From: Myxococcota bacterium
GTDB taxonomy: Bacteria > Myxococcota_A > UBA9160 > SZUA-336
Length of the DNA stretch: 64,000 nucleotides
Assembly (NCBI GenBank): GCA_965247115.1
Contig: CBDFGR010000003.1
Coordinates: 352,001 to 416,000 of the forward strand
Reading direction: 5' to 3'
Part shown: positions 56,874-64,000 of the stretch, piece by piece
Numbering within the stretch: position 1 is the stretch's first letter
Layout of the letters: the number at the start of each line of letters is the position of its first letter
Notes under the pieces: generated by a model
What the model was told of the DNA's origin: nothing
What the model saw: the letters and a program-made list of their open reading frames with translations, nothing else
Databases searched by the model: none
Made by a program: the position numbers and the translations under genes

Positions 56874-57485
56874 TCACTGTGGCTGGAAGCCGACTCGCCT
56901 CGTAAAGCCGCTCACCACCCGGAGCTCCCCCGTGGCCACCTCCAGCGGGAGCATTGCGAGCGGCTTTGGGGCGGGACCACTGACGACGAGCGCGGCGTCG
57001 GTAGCTTCGAACTCGGAGCCATGACACGGGCACACGAGGCGCAGCGTTTCCCCCCGCCAGCCCGAGACATCGCAGCCTGTGTGCGTACACACGGCCGAGT
57101 AGGCCACGATCCCGTCGGCCGCACGCGAGGCCACCTTTGCTGACAGGGCGTCCGGGTCGAGCCGAATCACCAGCACCTGATTGAGCCGGGATCCGTCCCT
57201 GACCAGTCCCGACGACGATTCCACCGGATACGCGAGCAGGGGCGCGGCATCGCGCACCACGTGCTCCGCCAGGAGCTTCTTCCCGCGCTGCTCCCCAAAG
57301 GCGTAGACCAGACCATCGCCAGGCTGCGGGCGGAGCCGCTCCGGCGGCCGCCCCTGTCTCTGCGCGCGGGCGCCGGTCGGCCCGAGGCAGGCAACCGCCG
57401 CACCCAGCTGCAGCAGCGCACGCCGTGTCCAACGCAAAGACCGCCCGGTGAACTCTGCGGTCTCCTGGCGGCTCGGAGGGATCAA
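56874..57485 (-). CDS. Tat-exported Rieske 2Fe-2S protein
   Basis: TRRALL, CTHTGC, CPCHGS, GPAP. Confidence 0.9.
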   Translation of the reverse strand: MIPPSRQETAEFTGRSLRWTRRALLQLGAAVACLGPTGARAQRQGRPPERLRPQPGDGLVYAFGEQRGKKLLAEHVVRDAAPLLAYPVESSSGLVRDGSRLNQVLVIRLDPDALSAKVASRAADGIVAYSAVCTHTGCDVSGWRGETLRLVCPCHGSEFEATDAALVVSGPAPKPLAMLPLEVATGELRVVSGFTRRVGFQPQ

Positions 57486-57517
57486 GACCGCAAGACTATC
57501 TCACCTTCCGCCAAGGT

Positions 57518-58126
57518 CTACGTCGCCGGTCGCGGGTCTATGCGAAAGAACCAGATATCTTTGGGACCATCGGTCGGCGCCTCTCCCAGAGAAGCCGGCG
57601 CAACAATTTGCCCGGCCAGCTCCTCCATTCGCGAACGGAGTGTGGTCGCGAGCTCGGGATCGGTCACCCGCACCGCCTGGCGTTCGTAACGCTTGCCTGC
57701 AATGCGCAACACCACACGGCCATCACGGAGGGCATCCTCGTGCCAGCGCTTGAAGACGTAGATCACGTGTAGCACCCAGCGTTGGCGACCGGAGAACCTG
57801 CCCCACATGAAGCCGAGGTCGCAGGGCACGTAGAGTTGACCCTCGTGCACGAAAACCCCGGTAGTTCTGGATCTCGGCGGCTCGACGAGCTGGAGCTCGA
57901 CATAGGCAATCGGAACGGTTCCAAAGACTGGCACCAATGGTCCATTGGCGAATGACCACTCGACGTCTGGCGCGGACGCGAGCGTGCCCGTGCGCAGCTG
58001 CCCACCAGGGAATGGACCGATCGGGCCATCCGAGAAGCGGGCGACGACTACGCTCCCGACGGGCACCGCGACCAAGGCGAAGAGTGCGACCCCCAGTGCG
58101 ATCCCCAGCCAGCGCAGGATCCTCAT
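57518..58126 (-). CDS. Membrane-anchored hypothetical protein
   Basis: ATG after GGAGG; TM helix, then DGPIGPFPGG motif. Confidence 0.75.
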   Translation of the reverse strand: MRILRWLGIALGVALFALVAVPVGSVVVARFSDGPIGPFPGGQLRTGTLASAPDVEWSFANGPLVPVFGTVPIAYVELQLVEPPRSRTTGVFVHEGQLYVPCDLGFMWGRFSGRQRWVLHVIYVFKRWHEDALRDGRVVLRIAGKRYERQAVRVTDPELATTLRSRMEELAGQIVAPASLGEAPTDGPKDIWFFRIDPRPAT

Positions 58127-58258
58127 GGCTTCCTCCAGACGCGATTCTCTCACGTTCCGAGTTGGGGGGATGGCATTCGCCTTCCCCGACTCTTCTTTGC
58201 TTGCAGAATGCCCGCAAGAGGCATTGAATGACGATCTCCACCAGCGCAGGAGCATCTC

Positions 58259-60430
58259 TTGAGCCGCACCCTTCTCATCGTGTTGATCGTCATCGTCGTG
58301 GCTGGCGGCCTCGTGTACTGGAGCCAGCGCGGATCCGAGCCGGCCCCACCGCCCGGACCCACCGCGCAAGGCGCTGAGTCGCCCTCGCCCACACTCGGAC
58401 GGGTCGGAGACGCGGAGCTACAGGATCCTGAGCTGGGCAGCTGGCCCGCCCACGGCCGGGATTACGCCGAACAGCGCTTCTCGCCTCTCACCCAGATCAG
58501 CAGAGACACGGTGAGCGGCCTGGGGCTCGCCTTCGCCGTGGACCTCGGCACGAAGTTCGCCCTCGAGGCGACCCCGCTGATGGTGGATGACACGCTGATC
58601 TTTCCCAGCAACTGGAACGTGGTGCACGCGCTCGACGCGACCACGGGCGAGGAGAAGTGGCGCTTCGACCCGCAGGTCCCGCGCGAGGCGCTCCGCGCCG
58701 CGATCGGGCCCATCAGCCGCGGCGTGGCCGTCTACCGCGGGAAGGTGTACGCGGGCACGCTCGACGGGCGCCTGATCGCGCTCGACGCCGGCACGGGGCA
58801 GAAGATCTGGGAAGTGGACACGATCGTCGATCACAATGTGCCGTACTCGATCACGGGTGCGCCGCGGGCCGCGAAGGGGAAGGTATTTATCGGGAACGGG
58901 GGCTCGGAGCTCGGAGCCCGCGGATACGTGACCGCCTACGACGCCGAGACAGGCGCACAGGTGTGGCGCTTCTTCACCGTGCCGGGCGATCCGTCGCTCC
59001 CGTTCGAGCATCCGGAGCTCGAGATGGCCGCCAAGACCTGGAAGGGCGGCGAGTGGTGGAAGTACGGAGGGGGCGGCACGGTCTGGAACTCCATCGTGTA
59101 CGACGAGGAGTTCGACCAGGTCTACCTCGGCGTCGGGAACGCGGTGCCGTGGAGCCGACTCAGCCGAGCGTCGGGCGGCGGCGACAACCTGTTCGTGGCG
59201 TCGATCGTGGCGGTCGACGCGGATACGGGTCGCATGAACTGGTACTACCAGACGACGCCGGGCGACAACTGGGACTACACCGCTGTACAGGACATGATCC
59301 TCGCGGATCTCGAGGTCGACGGCACGCCGCGCAAGGTGCTGATGCAGGCGCCCAAGAACGGCTTCTTCTACGTCATCGATCGGTCGGACGGCACGCTGCT
59401 GCGCGCGCATCCGTTCGTGGCGACCACGTGGGCGAGCCACGTCGACCTGGCGACCGGTCGGCCCGTCGAGAACGCCGCCACGAACTACGACGATGGACCC
59501 AAGTGGGTGCTGCCCGGTCCGCTCGGCGGGCACAACTGGCAGGCCATGTCCTTCGACCCGAGGAAGGGGATCGCCTACTTCCCGGCCCAGGATCGCCCCT
59601 TCATCTACGCCCTCCCTGACTCGCTCCGGGATTCGGGCTTTTACAAGATCAGACAGGGCGTGATGAACTTCGGAGTCGAGTTCGGACGAATCGCGGAGCT
59701 CACGGACCTCCCGGGCGAGCCCGAGTCCAAGGGCTATCTGAAGGCCTTCAACCCGCTGACGGGTGAGGAGCCCTGGGTGGTGGAACTCGAGCATTTCTGG
59801 AACGGCGGCTCGCTGGCCACGGCGGGCGACCTCGTCTTCCAGGGGAGCGCTATGGGGACGCTCGACGCCTACGACGCAGACACTGGAGAGCGTCTCTGGA
59901 GCTTCGACACCTACACGTCGATCCTCGCACCGCCCATCACGTACGCGGTCGATGGGGTCCAGCACGTCGCGATCCTGACGGGGACGGGCTTCGCCGAGAA
60001 CTTCAGCGGCTACGTGAACGACATCGCGTCTCACCGGTACGGCAATGGCGGGGAGCTGCTGGTCTTCAAGCTCGACGGCAGTGCAGAGATCGCCAGGCCC
60101 GCCCTGCTCGATTACACGATCCCGGAGCCCCCCGTGGTCGAGGCCTCGGCCGAGCAGCTCAAGCGCGGGGAGATCCTCTACCACGAGATCTGTTCCAGCT
60201 GTCACGGCGGAAAGGCGCAGTCCGCTGGGGTCATGCCCGACCTGCGTCTGATGAACGCCGCGACCCACCAGATCTTCGGCCAGATCGTGCTGGACGGGGT
60301 GTACCTGCCCCGGGGCATGGCCAGCTTCGCAGACGTCCTGAACGAGGACGACACGAACCTGATCCACGCCTACATCGTCTCTCGCGCTCGTGCGGACCGC
60401 ACAGAGGCGCTCGCCGGCGACGCGGAGTAA
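58259..60430 (+). CDS. Type II quinohemoprotein alcohol dehydrogenase (PQQ + heme c)
   Basis: EQRFSPLTQI, GARGYVTAYD, WDYT, GGHNW, CSSCH. Confidence 0.93.
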   Translation: MSRTLLIVLIVIVVAGGLVYWSQRGSEPAPPPGPTAQGAESPSPTLGRVGDAELQDPELGSWPAHGRDYAEQRFSPLTQISRDTVSGLGLAFAVDLGTKFALEATPLMVDDTLIFPSNWNVVHALDATTGEEKWRFDPQVPREALRAAIGPISRGVAVYRGKVYAGTLDGRLIALDAGTGQKIWEVDTIVDHNVPYSITGAPRAAKGKVFIGNGGSELGARGYVTAYDAETGAQVWRFFTVPGDPSLPFEHPELEMAAKTWKGGEWWKYGGGGTVWNSIVYDEEFDQVYLGVGNAVPWSRLSRASGGGDNLFVASIVAVDADTGRMNWYYQTTPGDNWDYTAVQDMILADLEVDGTPRKVLMQAPKNGFFYVIDRSDGTLLRAHPFVATTWASHVDLATGRPVENAATNYDDGPKWVLPGPLGGHNWQAMSFDPRKGIAYFPAQDRPFIYALPDSLRDSGFYKIRQGVMNFGVEFGRIAELTDLPGEPESKGYLKAFNPLTGEEPWVVELEHFWNGGSLATAGDLVFQGSAMGTLDAYDADTGERLWSFDTYTSILAPPITYAVDGVQHVAILTGTGFAENFSGYVNDIASHRYGNGGELLVFKLDGSAEIARPALLDYTIPEPPVVEASAEQLKRGEILYHEICSSCHGGKAQSAGVMPDLRLMNAATHQIFGQIVLDGVYLPRGMASFADVLNEDDTNLIHAYIVSRARADRTEALAGDAE

Positions 60431-60511
60431 TCGGAACGCGGTCCGCGGACATCGTGGACCACGCGGCGGCTGAGGCGTTGCCCGACCGTCTGGAGATCGG
60501 CTGGATCGGGC

Positions 60512-60922
60512 TTAGTCGCCAGGCCTGCGGTCGAAGGTCGCGGCGCCTTCCGGCACGTGGTGGAAGCTCTGCTTGTCGCACAGGAAGATCGCCATCTGGG
60601 GCTCCCCATAGGCGCCAGGATCGTCGAGCGTGCCCACCTTCAGGATCACGTTCCCCGGCACGCGGGGCGACTTCGCCAGGATGTGCGTGCCGCAGTCAGC
60701 GCAGAACTCGCGGGTCACCGGGCTGTCGAGGTCGCTGCGCCGGAACTCCTTCGGGGAGCCCTTGGTGTACGAGAAGCCCGCCTCTGGAAGCGCCATCAGC
60801 ACGTTGGGGTTCCCTCCCGAGATGTACTGGCACTCGCGACAATGGCACTGACCCTTGAACAGGGGGTCTCCCGTCGCCTGGTAGCGCACCGCTCCGCAGT
60901 AGCACCCACCTTCGAAAGCCAT
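60512..60922 (-). CDS. GFA/CENP-V family protein
   Basis: GGCYCGAVRY, CHCRECQ, FCADCGT. Confidence 0.92.
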   Translation of the reverse strand: MAFEGGCYCGAVRYQATGDPLFKGQCHCRECQYISGGNPNVLMALPEAGFSYTKGSPKEFRRSDLDSPVTREFCADCGTHILAKSPRVPGNVILKVGTLDDPGAYGEPQMAIFLCDKQSFHHVPEGAATFDRRPGD

Positions 60923-61034
60923 CGCGTGTCTCCTTCTGCACGATCTTGCCTGAGCCTATCACGCTCGCTGCCGCAGCGGCGACGTCGCTATCCGGAGCCG
61001 GCTTTGGCGTGTGAGTACTGGTAGCCTGGGGAGA

Positions 61035-61712
61035 ATGCCCGTGTCGGCGGCAAACAAATCTGTCGTGAAGAGGGCTCCGCGCGTCTCGCTCGACGAGCTC
61101 GCCATCCACCGGCTCACGCCAAAGCGGATGGACGATCTGCGCCGTGTCCTCAGTGGAAGCTGGGGGAGCGGGTGTTGGTGCATGTTTCCCCGGTTGACCA
61201 AGGCCCAAGAGGACGCACTTCCCGGACCCGGAGGGGACTCCGAGCGACGCAAGCGAGCCATGACCAAACTGGCTCGCCGGCGCCGCGCACCTGGACTCCT
61301 GGCGTATCTGGACGGAGAAGCCGTCGGCTGGGTCGCGGTCGCTCCTCGCGGCGAGCTGAACCGCGTCGACGCGTCGCGTGCCACCCCCCGCGTGGACGAG
61401 GTCGACGTGTGGGTGGTTCCGTGTGTCACCGTACGCAAGCGAGCTCGAGGCCGTGGAATCGCGCTAAATCTCGTCCGGGCCGCGGTTGACTATGCCACCC
61501 AGCAGGGGGCGCCCGTGGTAGAGGCCTACGCTCGGGCCGGCAAGCAGCGAGTGAACGACGACGGCGCCTACTACGGGACCGAGTCCCTCTACCGCAAGGC
61601 GGGGTTTCGCGTGGTCCGGAAGCCGCTTCCAAACCAGCCAAAGAACTGGACTCCCCGCGTGACCATGCGGATCAACTGCAGTACGCCCTCGATATGCCCG
61701 GAACCCCACTGA
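61035..61712 (+). CDS. GNAT family acetyltransferase
   Basis: CWCM, RARGRGIA, VEAY, LYRKAGF. Confidence 0.88.
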   Translation: MPVSAANKSVVKRAPRVSLDELAIHRLTPKRMDDLRRVLSGSWGSGCWCMFPRLTKAQEDALPGPGGDSERRKRAMTKLARRRRAPGLLAYLDGEAVGWVAVAPRGELNRVDASRATPRVDEVDVWVVPCVTVRKRARGRGIALNLVRAAVDYATQQGAPVVEAYARAGKQRVNDDGAYYGTESLYRKAGFRVVRKPLPNQPKNWTPRVTMRINCSTPSICPEPH

Positions 61713-61728
61713 CGGACGGAGACCGACG

Positions 61729-62454
61729 ATGAAGAAGGTCCTGGCGGCACTCATGCTGGCTGCGTTCGTGGCCGCGTGCGCGGACTCAGACGCGGAGACC
61801 GCGATGGCGCGAAAGCAGCCGGGGGCCGAAGTCGAGCTCTACGCACCGGAGCAGCACGATCTCTACGACGGCCGCTTCGTCCTGACCGCGGGGCGGCTGT
61901 ACCAGGTGGGCCAGCTCGACGACCCCCCCGGGTGGGACCACATGGGAAACGATGCGTCCACCGCGCACAGTGTGGAAGGGAGCGTCGAGATCGATGTAGA
62001 CGAGATCGGGAACAGGGGCCGGTTCGTTGCCCGGCTGGCCGTTCCGCAGGGCTCTCTCGTCCTGGAGTTCGATCGCTTCCACGAGTTCAGCCCCTGTCAG
62101 GACGGGGGTGTGGCTGCGTTCCTCTACGAGCACGGCGACTCGGGCTGCGGGGATGCGAACTGGCCCAAGACCTTCGTCTACGTCGCAGGGTGGGGCTACG
62201 GCCACGCGACGCTCAACGGCGAGCCTCTTCACCGGGACTACCAGATGCACTTCATGATCACGCAGGGCATCCGCGACCGGAAGACGCGGAAGGTCAGCTA
62301 CCCCCTGTTGAACAAGCGCTCCTCCGCCGGAGCGGTAAATCCGGCGGCCCAACAGCTCGACTTCTACATCCGCAGTCCCGAGGTCGACGAGCGCAACAAT
62401 CCGACACGGAAGGTCTTCGACCACTTCTTCGCCCTTGAGGTGACCTGGAAGTAG
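61729..62454 (+). CDS. Hypothetical lipoprotein
   Basis: Lipobox VAAC; beta-rich mature part. Confidence 0.75.
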   Translation: MKKVLAALMLAAFVAACADSDAETAMARKQPGAEVELYAPEQHDLYDGRFVLTAGRLYQVGQLDDPPGWDHMGNDASTAHSVEGSVEIDVDEIGNRGRFVARLAVPQGSLVLEFDRFHEFSPCQDGGVAAFLYEHGDSGCGDANWPKTFVYVAGWGYGHATLNGEPLHRDYQMHFMITQGIRDRKTRKVSYPLLNKRSSAGAVNPAAQQLDFYIRSPEVDERNNPTRKVFDHFFALEVTWK

Positions 62455-62564
62455 TGGGCCTCCCTGCAGCCAGACAGTGTGGGATGATAATGGCGACCCG
62501 TACGGCCTGGTGTTGATCGAGAGCCCGGAGTCGCCCCGGCGGTAGCTACTGAAGGATGGACTGC

Positions 62565-64000
62565 ATGGAGCTGAGGAAGCTGCTGATCGCCAACCGCGGC
62601 GAGATCGCGATCCGCATCAGCCGCGCCGCGGCGGAGCTCGAGATTGCGACGGTTGCCGTCCTCTCGGAGGACGACGCGCAGTCCCTGCACCTCCGCAGGG
62701 CGGACGAGGCGTACGCCCTCACAGGCAGTGGGCCGCGCGCCTACCTGGATGTCGAGCAGATCGTAGGGGCGGCACGCGAACGCCAGTGCGACGCCATCCA
62801 CCCGGGCTACGGCTTCCTCGCGGAGAACGCCGCCCTGGCCGCGGCCTGCGCGGAGGCGGGCATCACCTTCGTGGGTCCCTCGGTGGCGGCGCTCGAGCTA
62901 TTCGGCAACAAGGTCCGGGCCCGCGCCCTGGCCGAAGAGCACGGTGTCCCCGTACTGCCCGGCAGCACCGAAGCGGTGACCCTGGAGGGGGCCGAGGCCT
63001 TCTTCGCCGGGCTCCGCGACAACGCCCAGATGGTGATCAAGGCCGTGGGTGGAGGCGGCGGTCGCGGCATGCGCGTCGTGACGCGGACCGACAAGATCCC
63101 GGAGGCCTACGCCCGAGCGCGGTCGGAAGCGGGATTGGCCTTCGGGAATGACGCCGTTTACGTGGAGCGGATGATCGAGCGTGCGCGCCATCTCGAGGTA
63201 CAGGTGATCGGTGACACAAGAGGGGCCATCAGTCACCTGGGCGAGCGCGAGTGCAGCGTCCAGCGGCGGCATCAGAAGCTGGTCGAGATCGCGCCCAGTC
63301 CCTCGCTGAGTGCGAGCCTGCGAGAACACCTCACGGCGGCTGCAGTTCGCCTCGCGGAGGCCGCCAGCTACCACAGCCTCGGCACCGTGGAGTTCCTGAT
63401 CGACGAGCAGTCAGAGGGGGACTTCGCCTTTATCGAGGCCAACGCGCGTCTGCAGGTGGAACACACCGTCACGGAGCAGGTGACCGGCGCGGACCTGGTG
63501 CAGGCGCAGCTGCGCATCGCCAGAGGCGAGACGCTCGCGCAGCTCGGGCTCGAGCAGGCATCCATCCCGAGCCCTCGCGGCTATGCGATCCAGGCACGGG
63601 TCAACATGGAACACATGGAGCCGGACGGCAGCCTGCGGCCGGCGACCGGTGTCCTGACTGCGTTCGAGCCGCCCGCCGGACCTGGCATTCGCGTGGAGAC
63701 GCTCGGCTACACGGGCTACGCCACCAACCCCAACTTCGACTCGCTGCTCGCGAAAGTAATCGCACATTCCGCCTCGGACGACTTCAGCGACGCCGTCAGG
63801 CGCGCCGCGCGGGCGCTGGCCGAGTTCGAGATCGGCGGTATCGACACGAACGTCTCGTTCCTGCGGCGCGTGCTTGCCCACCACGACTTCGTGGAGGGCG
63901 GCGTCTACACCCGCTGGGTGGAGGACCACGTGGCCGAGCTTGCCGCCGTCGAGGAGCCGCCCCGTCCCACCCCTGGTGGAGAGCGTCAGGCCGGCGCCAG
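62565..64000 (+). CDS. Biotin carboxylase-domain protein (acyl-CoA carboxylase; runs off the window edge)
   Basis: Not in the ORF track. MELRKLLIANRGEIAIRI, IHPGYGFLAENA, GGGGRGMR, ECSVQRRHQK, RLQVEH. Confidence 0.93.
   Translation, partial: MELRKLLIANRGEIAIRISRAAAELEIATVAVLSEDDAQSLHLRRADEAYALTGSGPRAYLDVEQIVGAARERQCDAIHPGYGFLAENAALAAACAEAGITFVGPSVAALELFGNKVRARALAEEHGVPVLPGSTEAVTLEGAEAFFAGLRDNAQMVIKAVGGGGGRGMRVVTRTDKIPEAYARARSEAGLAFGNDAVYVERMIERARHLEVQVIGDTRGAISHLGERECSVQRRHQKLVEIAPSPSLSASLREHLTAAAVRLAEAASYHSLGTVEFLIDEQSEGDFAFIEANARLQVEHTVTEQVTGADLVQAQLRIARGETLAQLGLEQASIPSPRGYAIQARVNMEHMEPDGSLRPATGVLTAFEPPAGPGIRVETLGYTGYATNPNFDSLLAKVIAHSASDDFSDAVRRAARALAEFEIGGIDTNVSFLRRVLAHHDFVEGGVYTRWVEDHVAELAAVEEPPRPTPGGERQAGA

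Overview
GC-rich bacterial window (gene style suggests a Myxococcota/deltaproteobacterial-type organism; inference) made almost entirely of accessory catabolic and redox genes. The left end carries a displaced 3' half of tRNA-Pro(TGG) (an att-like island boundary), followed by a decayed mosaic: a truncated flavodoxin, a zinc-ribbon fragment, an orphan integron-type cassette and a hydrolase/TPR chimera. Next come an ECF sigma/anti-sigma/SppA set, pntAA-pntAB-pntB, a carboxyltransferase, a sterol-desaturase/HTTM-DCC operon and tcuAB. A ~30 kb cluster of cupins, VOC enzymes, flavin-dependent monooxygenases, amidases and a duplicated alpha/beta-hydrolase + CocE unit follows, then a TonB receptor, two PQQ dehydrogenases, a Rieske protein and a biotin carboxylase. 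Top observations: (1) a DUF222-like/HNH nuclease gene preceded by a ~420-nt non-coding region with nested long-range pairings that contains a 19/20 copy of a palindrome also found at the 3' end of the nuclease gene (candidate RNA-associated mobile element); (2) an in-frame UGA in a C-U-G-S-C motif followed by a SECIS-like hairpin, giving a 579-aa UGSC-type selenoprotein that the ORF track splits in two. All family calls come from motif recognition by eye; no database searches or folding programs were run.
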